Source: Catajapyx aquilonaris
Taxonomy: Eukaryota
DNA length: 64,000 nucleotides
Direction of reading: 5' to 3'
Assembly (NCBI GenBank): GCA_000934665.2
Contig: KZ538085.1
Span: 1 to 64,000, forward strand
The notes beneath the pieces are model-generated. The model was not told the origin of the DNA and ran no database searches. It saw nothing but the letters and a program-made list of their open reading frames with translations. A program made the position numbers and the translations under genes. Of the stretch, positions 24,301 through 41,844 are shown piece by piece. Positions within the stretch are counted from its first letter, which is position 1; every line of letters begins with the position of its first letter.

Positions 24301-25701
24301 TCCAAATATAAGCCAAAAAAAAAAGTAGGATACAGCACCAATCAGAATAAGGAAGTGTGTTAGTGTATACGGCGTTGCAAAACCGTTTTCTGGTAAAATA
24401 GATCTGTGTCCCCAACACACAGCACAACATTTCCGGAAGCCAGTTTGGCAAGTGGCAGCATGAACCACGGAGCATGACGTCACGAGTTGCGGACTCTACC
24501 TTTTCAAAAGTGGCCAAAGTAAAGCAAAAAAAAGGCAAGTCTCCAGCACTGCTCGACTCTGATCGCTCTTCCGAAGCAATGCGTCTCCGGTATCCCCCCA
24601 CACAGCAGCACAAAATATTCCCCTTCACTCGACCCAACAACCGGGATATCTAGGTCTCTTTAAACAGTAACCAACTCTTTTTTTTCGAGGCAAGAATGTG
24701 TTACTCAGGAGCACCCACGCCCACGCTTTTAAAAATAATTCTCATAATATTTTTACGCTGGAGAAACTATTGATGTGCCCATAAAATACTACAGCTACGT
24801 CTATGTACTGTATAGTTACAGCTACATTATTAATTCTATTCAGTTTGTAGTTTTATTTTTATGAAATCTTTCTTCAAACATTTATACTTATTAATTAATC
24901 ATTCGTGTATTTTATGTTTTGGTTTATTGTACAGTATGACTTATATGTTTCTTTCATATAGCTTATCTACATTTTTAATATTTAAATTTCCCCCTAAAAA
25001 GCTCCGCTCTAACACAGGGTATCTGAAATAAAGAAAATAAATAAACAAAATAAAATATTTAAATTGGGTAACTTTTAACAAATCATTACAGTGAGCTCTA
25101 TTACAGTGTACTTCATAATAATGGAAAATTCCTTGTTGTAGCAGCTAATAAGTAACTGGTAGAGACAATGGCAAAAATGGAACCAACAACAAAATACATC
25201 AATTAAAGTAATACATCGCGCAATAAATAAGCAAAACATATAAGTAATTGATAAATTAATGTCTTACAAAACAAGCCTAAGTAATTTTGGTAATAATATG
25301 CAAAATAATGAGCAGTAAAACAGTAGGTAAAACACCCAATCGGGTAGGTCAAAAATTAAAGGCATAAACATGTAACGACTGTGGATTTCCCCACATATAA
25401 GTATGATGCCACGTACTTGCAATAATAATCGACACATATATTGGAAATCCCACGGGCATTATTTCCACATTCACATGAAAACTTGAGAGTCAAGGTCAGG
25501 GTTGTAAGTACGTGAGATTAAAAAAAAAAAATGTTGCGCTCGCTCCGACCTCGAACTTGACCTCTGCTTCCATTATTATTCAGAGGTTATCTCCCAACAC
25601 ATGTGGTCAGCCTCTCTTGGCACAACCCTGCACGTACACAAAAGTGTTAAAATACACCAACCTGCCAGAAGGACAATCAGTAAGGTCCAGCAGCCAGTCA
25701 T
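21377..25701 (-). CDS. Cys-patterned secreted, probably GPI-anchored protein (DUF19-like), cluster member 4 (6 exons)
   Basis: Signal exon 25701-25662 (MTGCWTLLIVLLA, phase 1) joins the exon starting at 23107 (GVLEKAAGQICD...LDRVCG). Then NLCDNDIFRERYLRHAACF...SACCAYQEYESC...ATCGQEAADFMDDFL and tail APTLIIGLSVLMLTVSRLWQQ*. Confidence 0.8.
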
Positions 25702-28388
25702 CTTTGGTCCTCGTGGTGGTGGTCCTCTGCCTAAAATTGGGCAGGTGCAACTCACACACAACCCACTGCACACTCTCGATTATTTGTTTGCTATTATCTT
25801 AGGACGCGTCCATTGCAGCCTTCCTGAGAGTTGGATGTCTTCTGGTGGTGGTCCCCTTGTGTTGTGGTTGCATTTGAGGGATGTGGGGTTGTCCAAAGAA
25901 GAAGGGGGGAAAAAAAGAAGAGATGGTGGGGAGAGGGGGGCAGGGCAGGGCAGACAAAAGAGCTGGCCAATCGGGGCTCGACTTAATGTTCCGGTGGGTG
26001 ACCCAGCCCCACATTAACTTTCCATTAAGTGACAGCAGTTTAAAAGATATCGGGAGGGGATTTAATGCCGACCCAAGAACAAGAGTGAAAACGAACGCTT
26101 TATCATGTTTACTCATCGTCTCTTCACTCACACACACCCTGGCCACTAATGGACATTTTATTTCACCACGCAACTGCATGCTTCATTTACAGCTAATTGC
26201 GGGTGTTATGTTGAGAGAAAAGTGCCCCCCCCCCCCCNCCCCCCCCCCCCGATTTAACTTCACTCTATAATAATTAATATTGATTTTCTGCATTGCTATA
26301 TACAAGTACAGGTAGAAAGCAAACAGGTTGGCATATTGTTAAAGTCTCTGATCCAAAAAGAAGGGAAAGGAGAAATAAAATATTGATCGTTCTCTCTAGC
26401 AACCAGTTTGACGAGAATTACCTGATAAATGTATTAATTTTTATTAAATGTAAGCGTGTAACGGCGTAAAAATTAGATGAATCATTCAGTAGAAATTAAT
26501 TAAAGCCAATATTAATAATATGCAGTTTTGTATTAATTAACTTAAAATCTTACAAATAACTTCAACAGCAATCATGACTATCAATTGCACGTAATTTGTG
26601 GGACTTTCGTACTACTACCGTATTGTCAATTATTGCTTATAAGAGAATTGTTTACCAAGGTATACAACAAAAAAACATTGATAAAACATTTTGACACTAC
26701 AACCGGACCATAAACTCAATTTCATATTTTGATAATTCGAGCATTGACACGCAAATAACGAGCTGCAATGTGTACGGTCTGATGCACCAGTGATATACAC
26801 ACTGCACGGGACTGGAATCCTTAGATTGCATTCCGCGAGATAATTAACCAGGACTATAAATTAAAGATGATATACAACACACTGCAAACGGGATTGTTTA
26901 AAAAAAAATTAAGCCACGTTTCCTAATTGAACGGACCAAAAATTCTGTTAGGTGTATAAGAGAGGCTCAGATATCATTTTACAAGTGAATTACTTGAACA
27001 CAAAAGGTTGATTACCTTTAAATTTTTGCAATTAGCATGTAAGTGACCATGCGTAGGTTTGAGGTCTGACCCTAAATGCGACATATAAAGAATAATAAGG
27101 TGGAACGAATGAGGCTCCGGGACAACACGTGCACTGGACCAACGAGGAATTTCAAGTGTCGGAATCCGGTTGAGGGAATTAGACGCAATTAAACTCAAAG
27201 CCAGGGAAGCTGCTGCTGGAGGAGGTAATTTACTCACCCCCCAACCATCTTAATTCATCTTCTCTTCACCGCACAAATTTATTGGAGCGTGTCCAAAATG
27301 GGGCGACGCTTACAACATCGTGTCAATCTGCCGAAAATTAATCCGACGCCTAATGGTCTGAATGGTCATGCTTCGTCGTATTGTCAGCCAGGTACACACA
27401 ATTTATCAGGTGGTACACACATTATCTGGACACCCCTGGTCGTCCATCAAGGTTGACCTTGACTTGGTTGCCTCGAGGGGCCCTTTGTAATATTTTTTGT
27501 GTGTGACCTAAATCGAGGGGTTGGCTGAACTCTTTTTCTTATTTAAAAAAAAGACGTGACATCAGTGTGTGCGACCTGTGACGTCACACACGACATGCTC
27601 AGTTGCGCAGGACCGTTGTCACTTCTGGTTTACTTCCCGCAAGGACAACTATCCGCTATGTCATGACCGGAAATCAAAACATTTTTTTTTTCCACAACGT
27701 TTTTTATTTTTATTATGTTCATTCCACATAATGTCTCTCTCACTTTTTTCGGTAATTACAGTGCCCAACTGCCCTTTTTTTCAGTATAATTATATTATTT
27801 ACAAAGATAAAGGTGATCTCTCTGTGAGTCCAGCTCTCCCCGCCCGGCTTTGCAACAATTAGCTTACAGCATTTAAAGTGATATGTCTGGAATTGCATTG
27901 GAAAGGGGGTTGAAGGAGGGCCTTTCCCCATTTTTACTTATTTTTTTTTAATTATATATATTTTTTTTGCACGAGTTTTACACTCTGGAAGGGAAATCTG
28001 TGGAATTCCCATCGGATTACATATAGTATTCCGCAGGGAATTCCACAAAGATTCCTCCAGGTCTGGTTTTCAAGGTGACGAAGAGAAGGTTTAGAGCGAG
28101 AAATGGGGAGGGTTATATCTACAGTGACCTTTGAAGGGGGGTCAAAGGGTGGGAGGTGAGGTTTGGGAAAGGTGGGAACTAAACACAGATAGAAGAAGAG
28201 AAAGATGGGGCCAAGAGGAAATATAGATGAACGACTTGCACGATCCTGCCCATTGTCTGTTTGTCTGTTTGTCCTCCTTCGTTTTAATCCCTGTCTCAAG
28301 TCACGAACGGTGAATGGTGTCAAAGGCTCTGGAACAAAGAGCTTGTAAGTTGATGTTGATGCGGTTGTTGATTGTCTGTCGGTACCTG

Positions 28389-30270
28389 CTAGATTTTGTC
28401 TGGTAGCAGGGACCCTTCTGGTGGGTCGCAGCGTTCTTCGTCGGTGAGAAGCAGAAGAAGTTCCTCCTCTTTGCTGGATGGCTGCTCCTTGGTGTACGGC
28501 GGAGGTGTCTTCTCCAGAACCTCGTCGGTGTGGTAGACTGGCAGGTAGCTGTCTGCCTGGGAAGATGAGACATGCAGGGGCAGCGATGCAGATGATGGGG
28601 TGGCTGTGGCGGCCAGGCAGAGCCAGACGACAGCCACGATGGCCGCGAAGAGAGCCACAGCCAAGGCCCATCGAGGAAACCCGGATTTCCTGGAGACACA
28701 ACTCAGCCAGTCTCCGGGGTATCCGGAGGCGGAGGAAAAGGACGGGAAGAAGTGGGACTGCTGGGACGACGGGCCCCTTCCGTTCACAAACACCACCTTA
28801 TGCTCCACGTTGCCTGATTCCTCCAGGTCCTCCTCTTCCTCAGGACCATCCTCCTGCAACCAAATCGGGAGAAACAATAATAATCAACGACATCGATAAG
28901 GAGCAAGCATGCACTCAAAATGGCCGCCAAGTCAGTGAACCCGTGAAACAAAATGGCGTCCAGGTCAATGAACCCCGTAAATCAAAATGGCTGCCAGGTC
29001 AGTGACCCATATCAAACAAAATGGCGTCCAGGTCAGTGAACCTCCGATGAATCAAAATGGCTGCAAGGTCAGTGAACCCTGACGAAACAAAATGCCCGCC
29101 AGTTCACTGACCCCAATGAATCTAAATGGCGGGCAGGTCAGTGAACCTACCGGCTGATGTCGACTGACGTATCCGTGTCTCCTGGGCATGGTCTGCACCT
29201 TCTTGGCTCCAGCCAGTTGCGCTCGGACCCCAGGGTCTTCCATCAGCTCCTCCACAGGGTCTTCAGCCTCTTCTTCCTCCTCTTCCTCTTCTTCCTCCTC
29301 CTCGTCGTCTTCCTCTCCGACAGTCACGATTCCTCCTGAGCCGGCCCTCAGCAGAACTAGAGTGTCGCTGTTGTCCTGTGCGTCGTCTCCTCCGCCGCCG
29401 CCGCCGTCGCCTACCACCAGCGTCCAGGAGATGCCAACCATGCTTCTGACACCTTCCATCAACCTGGGTGCCCACCACCACTTGACCTCCTCCACCTTGG
29501 ACACAACATATCAGAAACATGACCACAAATTGTCCTCAAAAATGAAGTACCTGGTTAGCAACATTGTCAGCCGATCCAGCTGCAAATCCGCATCCGACGT
29601 GACACGCGTACCTTTCCTTCGTGTGTACATACGCCTCCATACACGCTGCAAGTAAACGACAATTACATAACACTGCATGTCGCGAGCACCCAGTATTGAA
29701 TACATACAAGCCTGGCATAACTCGTTGCTGGTGGCACCCGCAGTGGGTATGGTGCTTGTGGTGCTAGCACCAGACAGGCTGACCAACGAGAAGAAGCTGC
29801 AACCACGTCTGCAACTCCATGCGCATTTGTCCTGAAGCAATTAACGTTTGCAATTAAAAAGTCGGCAACAACCACTGGTTGCCCCCTGTCGCCCGAGATG
29901 ACATCGATCCTTCTCCTGAATCGATCATGCGTATAAAAGACAACCCGGGTCGCCCCCCCAAAAAAATTGATCTGAAAATCCTGAAGGCCAAAAAGTCCGC
30001 GACCTGTTACGTCACACACTGCGCCAATATATTGTTGCTGCGGGTTAATTTTGTGGAAATGGCAACAATGGCTTTTGGGGAAAGGGTATCGATCGTTGGG
30101 GGGTTTTGGTTAACACTCACGTCTTGAGGGTGGGCCTGCAGACATGAGGTGTCGCATGGCCCCGGGGCGGGACCAGGGGCGAGTGTGTGGTTGCGTCCCT
30201 GCACAGAGGCCAACCAGGTCCAGAGCAGCAGGGCGGCCCAGGACCTGCGAATCACACACACCGCCGCCAT
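28389..30270 (-). CDS. TMEM59: Transmembrane protein 59-like (BSMAP family)
   Basis: Signal peptide; CRRGCSFFS, CMEAYVHTKERYACHVGC and WLSCVSRKSGFPRWALAVALFAAIVAVVWLC match TMEM59 motifs (CQRGCRLFS, CTEAY...YACHLGC, Cys-flanked TM helix); cytoplasmic PPPY; 5 exons. Confidence 0.85.
28917..29147 (+). repeat. Intronic tandem repeat, 7 units of ~33-36 bp
   Basis: Unit consensus AAAATGGCnnCCAGGTCAGTGAACCnnnnGAAWC, located in the last TMEM59 intron. Confidence 0.9.
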
Positions 30271-31333
30271 CTCTCTGCGACGACGCCTGCCTTTTTAGCT
30301 CAGATCGACGCCCGCGACGCCTGCCGACGCCTACCCACCCACCCTGCGCAATGGAAGGGAAGGGGGGGAACACACAAGAGAGGAAATGATTGAAAAAAGT
30401 ACCTTTTTTTTTATTGACCATTACAAACGGTGGGATTTTTTTTTTGTTTTGTTGGAAAATAAAGTGCCTGTAATCAGGCCGTGGAAGGAAAGCGAAAGTG
30501 CCACTTGCTTCATGACCTCCACACATACGTACACCACAAATACTGTGCAAAACATTCCCCCTACAGCTAAGCATGAACTTGTGCTCTTCAAATCACTCGT
30601 TAAGGCCGAATGAGGCTTGTATAATCTGAAAACCCAAAGCCAATACTGGGCAACCATGTCGGATTAGGTATAGCCCGATACCTAATTTTGCTGACGATTG
30701 GACCCTGAGTTTTTAAAATCATGCTTTGCAATCGACCCAAGTTTTTCTTTTACAATTTTTGCGTACTACGTGATGCATGGTTCCTGACTGGGGAGGGCTA
30801 CAGAACTAACAAGACTTTATTGCATAAAACCTCTCAAGGTTTTCCTGGTAGGCATTTTTCTTGCATGATTGTTACCATTGGCTGACTAAAGAGGAGCACC
30901 GATCTACGCAAAAACAAATCCAACCATATTATTGCGTTCGGTGCACTTTTAAGACCAGGCTGCACCACTAAAGGTCCGCATTATTCATTGGTGACAAATC
31001 GACATAATTAGAAGGTTGAGGTGGTACCTGAAGTGGTGCAACAGGATCGAAATTTCAATTTGTTATTGATTAATGCTAAGCAGCACTTACTGAATTGGGC
31101 ACATGATTTGAATCAAGTCTTTCCATTTCCAAGTACCGTACCAACTTGGAATTACATGAAAGACCCATCCATCAAAAAACCTTGTTTAACAAGTGCTTAC
31201 AATGCCAATTAACATTATCTGTGGTATTAATGCATGATATAAGACTCTGCGCAGGTATTGGTATCACAAGTAGGCTCCTTAGAGTATTGCAGTCGGGATT
31301 TTCTCTTGATCTCGCAAGTGCTGGGGGTGCCGT

Positions 31334-34300
31334 TTACGTTTGCTGAGACGACTTCAAGGTGTCAAACAGCTCTCTGAAAAAGGATCAACCGAATGTACAC
31401 TGAGCAACTCACACGCAGCACGATTTGTATGAAATTCCTCATGCACATGCGGTCATACCAAATAATTTGTAAGTGCACCAATGCAAATTACTGTTTGCTG
31501 AAGGCGTAAGTCAAGCAATTTTTAGTATTAAACAGAGAAGTCCTCACCTCCACATGTAAAAAAATATGTATCCTGTCTCTTGAGAGTCTTTCCCCAAAAT
31601 ATTCTTCTCCTCGACCTCCCGAACTGTAAGGTCATTGTAGTAAAACCACTTCTGGCGTGAAAGGTCAAACACGTCCGCCACGTAATGCCCTGAGCTTGAG
31701 TCCACACCAGAGTGACACACTATCCCAACCAAGCGGTAGTCCAACTTTCCGTCACAGACACTGATGGGGATCGGGGAAGGAGACGGGGAGGAGGATGGGG
31801 ACGCGTAAGATGGTTGAGGCACTTCTCCGTTCAGGCTCAGCTCAATGGCTTTCTTCACGTCCTCTTCCTCCTTCCTCTGACTGTCCGCCTGCTCCTCAAG
31901 GCTCAGCTGAAGTACACGTTTCATCTCGTCATCATCCCTATCAAATGCGAAAAAAACCGTATTAATATCTCAGTTTTGCTGTTAACTAACGTGTGGTTTC
32001 TTACTCGAGATCACCGCCTCTATTCAGCTTCACTGGCGATTGCGCTGGGGTTACAGCCGGGGTCAACACAGGGTTGACCCACCGCACTGGCCCACAGAAA
32101 TCGGCAGTGACAAAAGTGTCGAGGGCCAAAGAGAGCGGGATGGCAACCACAGTGTTAATCTTCTTGGAGCCAGAGTCAAATGCGTAGCGCTTGAGTTGGA
32201 GGATAAGGACCCGCGGTATACAGTTGAACACACTAGTAAGCCGACTCCGCTGACACTGACATGCATCACACTTGTAGTCAACTTCCTGTGGAGCCATGTA
32301 GTTGGAAAGGGCCGAAAAAAGGGTTGGGCGTGATGGGAGGCCTGGAGAATCCCCACATACGCCGTGTGTCGGGATGTCCAAGAACATCGAGAAGTAGTCC
32401 TGACGGCTAGTCACAACCTTCTCGCAACTGTGGGGAGAAAAGTAAATGTTCAGAACTGAGTGTGAGTCGAGCTTTTGGGGCGAGAGACTGACCTTATACA
32501 CTGATAGGTGTTAAGCATCTGAAACCCAAAGTTGTTTTTGATTGGGTTCCCCGTAACTTCCTCTTCCGTCCCCTTGTCGTCAGTAGCCTCTGGCCCAGCT
32601 TCCTTCTCGTTCTCAGTGCCTTTCCCACTTCCCAGCTTGTCGGGAGGATCTTCGAATATTGTCCCACTCTCGTCTTCCTTTCTCGCATCTTCGGATCCTG
32701 CCTTCTTGTCCTTCTCACTTCCCAATACCCTGTCAATGTCATCCTTGATCGAGTCTAGAACACGGATCAAGAACTCGTTTGCATCTTGCATCTGCGCTCC
32801 TAGAAAGTTACGGTCAATGGCCTCCAGTGCGTATTTCACGCCATTCAAAGCTCTTCGAACACCACTTTCGTTACAGCGTCGCTTGCTTTTCACCAGGTCT
32901 AACAAGTTTGTCACCAGTGCACCAAACTTATGCCCTCCTGTGGCACCAGAACCATGCTTGCTCATGTAAAGCATTTCATCTGTGAAGGAACTAAGACTCA
33001 GCAAGGCCTGCAAGCCCGCATTCAAGTAGCACGTATTGCCGAGGTTCGGGAAACCAATCACATCAGGACCAATCCCCAAGCCAACACCTGAAGAATACTG
33101 CGAGTCCAGATCGGTTCGGCTAGAAGGTGGTGCCAATCCAGGACGAGGTCGCAGTTTGATGTGTTGAGGGGATGATATCACACGAGCCTTTTTCTGTGCG
33201 CTGGGATATTCCCTTATGAACCGGGAAGGAGGGCTCAAGGGTGGAACCTCATCAGCGTCGTCTGAAATGTGTCCGTTTGATGTCCCCTTGGCTCCTTCCA
33301 ACCGAAGGCGCTTGTTGACTGGGGCAGGCCGAGGGGCTGGTTTGGACAGTAAGGAACTGCGCAGGGTTGGACTCCGCTGGTGGCTGTATTTCAGAGAATA
33401 ACCATTGGTTCGTTGTCTTCAAAGGTTACAAATCATAGATGTCTAATTTACTCAAGACTCACTTGGCACGCTGGGATAGGTTGGTGTTCTCCTTTTCATC
33501 TTCCTCCTCATCCGAATACTTATCATATGGGTCACAGTCTTTATCATTCGAAGGTTGAGGTACACGATGAGACGACGAAAACAACGCCACTTTTGGCCTT
33601 GGTGTATTACTGCAAAGTAGATAATAAGGCAGTGACAATTAGTTTCATAGCAATTAAACTACTTTTTGGATACGGCTGAAATAAATTCAATGACACCATC
33701 AAAGCGAGTTTATATTAACTTTGAAATTTATGAACATCAAACAATGTGTCACATTAACAATACTGCGGGATATTAATGCAAGGAAACTAAAATAAAGCAG
33801 TGCATAATTTTCAAAAGCATCCATGCAACAGCATCACCTGCAAAAGGCCTGTCGCCCAATCTGTTTTCATAATATCCCCAACGCTGCCAGTAACGGGGGG
33901 AGTAGCCTACGAATTAAAAGTCAACTGACCGATTCTTGAACTTGTAGGGTACAAGCTTATCCTGCGGATCATCAAAGACAGTCCTGTAACTTCTGCCTGC
34001 CTTCCCCGTGTGGCGGGAGACATACTGATACACAGACTTCTCACGGTTAATTCTCGGCCGTTCAGGGGAAGACTCGGGAGAATCAGGTTCCGGATCCAAA
34101 ATCCGACTCTTGCTGGTGTGCAACCTAAAAACACATGCAATTGAAGTCTCGCAGGCAGTGCAAATAAAAACAGGGGGCACATGCAACCAAGCGCAAAGTA
34201 ACTGCTGGCGTAAATTAGCACACGGATTACAGTGTTGATTAGCAGAGCGACAGACCATTCCGTACTGTTGACCCCCGTTTCTTCCAGGCATCGCGGTGGT

Positions 34301-34536
34301 CTTTTCTTTGCGGCGCTACTCCCGGACCGACTCTTGTAAAATCCGCTTGGCTTGAAGGCTATGGGCTCTGACTTGTCAGCGGCTGGGTCCTTCTCGTCTG
34401 AACGTGGGGGATGAACGGGGCTGGGAGGAGGCATAGCACCAGGCGGACTGACCCCAGTGTACACGGCTTCTTCCTTAACCATCTTGCGCGTTCCGTTCAG
34501 GAGGCTGGTGGCCAACTGCATCTTCCCGCCGGTCAT
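31334..34536 (-). CDS. USP37: Ubiquitin carboxyl-terminal hydrolase, USP37-like
   Basis: Cys box GFPNLGNTCYLNA; QMQDANEF; PRVLILQLKRY; UIM-like MKRVLQLSLEE and EEEDVKKAIELSL; His box YRLVGIVCHSGVDSSSGHYVADVFD...WFYYND; short terminal exon ELFDTLKSSQQT*. The start codon is uncertain. Confidence 0.8.
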
Positions 34537-37304
34537 CCAACGGAACACTACAAGAGAGATGTTGTGATCAGAGATGTGATGCTTCTGAAGCTGGGTACCT
34601 ACCATTCGGTTCTTCGTTTGGAGAGTGGGAAAAAGAAAGTGTTCCTTTTGTGTTCCTGGCTGGTGAGCTGCAGAGGCGGGATTCCAATTATTCCCAGCCT
34701 ACTTCCCGGGGAATGTTGTAGAGATGGGATTCCACTTATCAAAAGTGAAGCCAGTTGGTCGGCTAATTGGGCGCCATCTTGGTAGGGTCAAGGCTTCAGT
34801 TACACTTCAGTTGTAAGAAGGCAACTCGATGGAAGGGGGCCAAAAAGGTACAGACGGGGACTACTACCTGTTGTCGGTTGGACATTGGGGGAAAAAAAAC
34901 ATGGCGGCGCGGCCTTTGAACCTTGCTACAGGGTGTGCCAAAATATTTGAATGGCAATGACCATCATGAAATGGATTAAGTAGGCATACTTTAATCCATT
35001 TCATGCAATGTGTGTTGTTTATTGTTACAATAAAATAAGCCAGTTCATGTCTGCAAAACCTGCGTAACGAACATGTCTTGCTTTTGCGTGGAAATGCCCT
35101 GAAACGCATTTCAGAATTTTAGAAAAATTAACCTGTTCATGACCAAATTAATGGAAAGCCCCATTTTTTTTAGAACTTCTTTGATCATGTTGGAAATTAT
35201 CGCTGGAAGAGAGAAAAAAAAAGGACAAAGTGTGGAATTTTCCTCCCGCTACCGGTACTAGTTACTTCCTTAGCAGTCCCAAGTGTTGGCTATGGGACTG
35301 CTAAGTTAGCAGTAACTGGTAGTGAGACAAAAATTCAACCCGAAGACTTGCTTGCCATTTAAAAACCATCGGTTCCTAGGTGGTTCCGAGACATCTTCGT
35401 TTGAAAACGTTTTGATGGCGATGCTCTGCACATTGCCTGAAATTGTCCCATCATCAGATGCAAATAAGTACACAGGGATTTTTTTTTGCTTTTTTCCAGA
35501 ACAAATTTTATTACAAAATCCTATCTCGCAAAAAAGTAGAATACGTGTTTTCAGCCTTTTTTTTTAAACAAATGGTTTTTTTTGTATGTTTTTTTTTTTT
35601 TTTTGCATGTTTTACAAATTGGCTGTTTGATTTTTTGTTTTTTTTTCCAACTCGTTACAAAGTAAGTGACCTTTTTTTTCAGGGTAGGGGACCTCCTGAT
35701 CTCCAAAGCCCACAATTTTGAGCTTCGAATCGATTGATCCCCTTACAAAAATGGCAAGGAAAAAAAAAAAGTTATTCAAGTTAACATAACTTTGTTTTTT
35801 TGGGAAGCCTCTTCGTGTTATCCATACAAAAAAAAAAAATAGTCGGACTAGTAACTGACAACAAAAATGGCAAAACAATAAAGTATAATATTTTTTTTTG
35901 TGCATACTTTTTTGGACATTTTATACTTTTTATGGTTTGTCTTCTGAAAAAACACCCATCACTCATGCTTTCAAAATCCTTTTACTCACAAAATTTGCAC
36001 ACACTCCTTTTTTTTCCCTTTTTCCTTTGCCACAGGGGAGAAATTATCTTTTGTACCAATGATTCGCTACAAAGCAGTCACTCCTTTTGTAGTAATCATA
36101 TCTCCCAAGCAAACAAAGAAACGAAATGAAACAAAGGAAAACAAAAAAAAAAACACAATTGGAGCTCACCCCCAAGTAGGATGGATTTTACAAAAAAGAA
36201 AAAAGAAATGAAATAAAAAAAAACACTTTACATAGTTATGTACATATTAATGCTTTGTACAAAGAGCGAACTAGGACGTCCGCACTTAACTTCAACCCCC
36301 CTCCCCCCCCCCCTACCCAAACCCCACGAACATACAGACTAGATCTAGGGGAAACATCTTAATGAAAATGAATTGCAGTCAATAAATATGGAAAAAATAC
36401 CAAAAAAAAAAGAAGGAAGAATGGAAATCCCAATCTGTTGAGCAGTGAAGGGAATTTATATATTTTATGAGCCCCTCAATTTTCGTGTTTGTCCCAGGCA
36501 AAAACAATTAATTTGCTCTCAGTCAAAAGACAGGAAAAAAAAATCCATCTGATTCTATTTTTTAAAAAATCTGGAGCATTACCTAATAATTCAGAGAGGG
36601 TAAAAAAAAAAACTGATTACAAGAGATGTCCCTAATGCACTTTTCCTGGACATAATTGGTCCTAGAAACAAATGTATGTAAAAAAAAAAATCTGGCTTTT
36701 CAAAATTAACTTGCTAGCACAGCTTACACCAAGTTGGAAGCTACGTACTTGCTGCGCCATTTCAACAACCTTCCATCTTTTGCTGTCCAATTACACACCT
36801 TGGCGCTCCCTAAAATTGAGCCTCTTTTAATCCAGATTAGTGCCTTTTCTACATCAATACCTTTCTTCGATTATGGCACGACTAAATCAATACACATTTC
36901 CCCCTTTATGGAAAAAATAATAATTGGAAAGGAAGAGAAGCCTTTCAAAGATTCAAACTGATTCAATCTATAAAATTTTGTCTTCTCATAATGTTATGCC
37001 TTTTTTTTATATATATCATCCAATTGTATTTATATTTACCTCCCTGCCCTCACACCAGAATCAAAATGGCACCACTTTACAGAATATTCAGGCCTGTTGA
37101 CATCAGTGGTTGTCATTTGTCGGATGAGTTGCACCACAAATTTTGTCAATAAAACGGCGCAACTGTTGACCAGTGGTCATTGATCTAAGATCTTGTGGTT
37201 GTCTACATGTGTATATATATATATAAAAAAATTCTGCACCCTAATTGCGCTCGATGTTGAAGGTTTGGCCGCCTTCCTCCGAGGCAATCATGGTGCCTGC
37301 CTTA

Positions 37305-41844
<4,540 letters not shown>

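Noticed and set aside
28917..29147. CRISPR-like appearance of the 7-unit repeat
   Set aside because: It lies in a eukaryotic intron, has degenerate adjacent units with no unique ~30-nt spacers, and there are no cas genes.
34763..34777. Tiny uORF ATGGCGCCCAATTAG upstream of USP37-like
   Set aside because: It coincides with an AAGATGGCG YY1-type promoter motif and there is no evidence of translation.
35322..37240. ORFs in the A/T-homopolymer-rich stretch
   Set aside because: They are Phe/Lys-rich translations of low-complexity sequence, most likely the long MNK 3'UTR.
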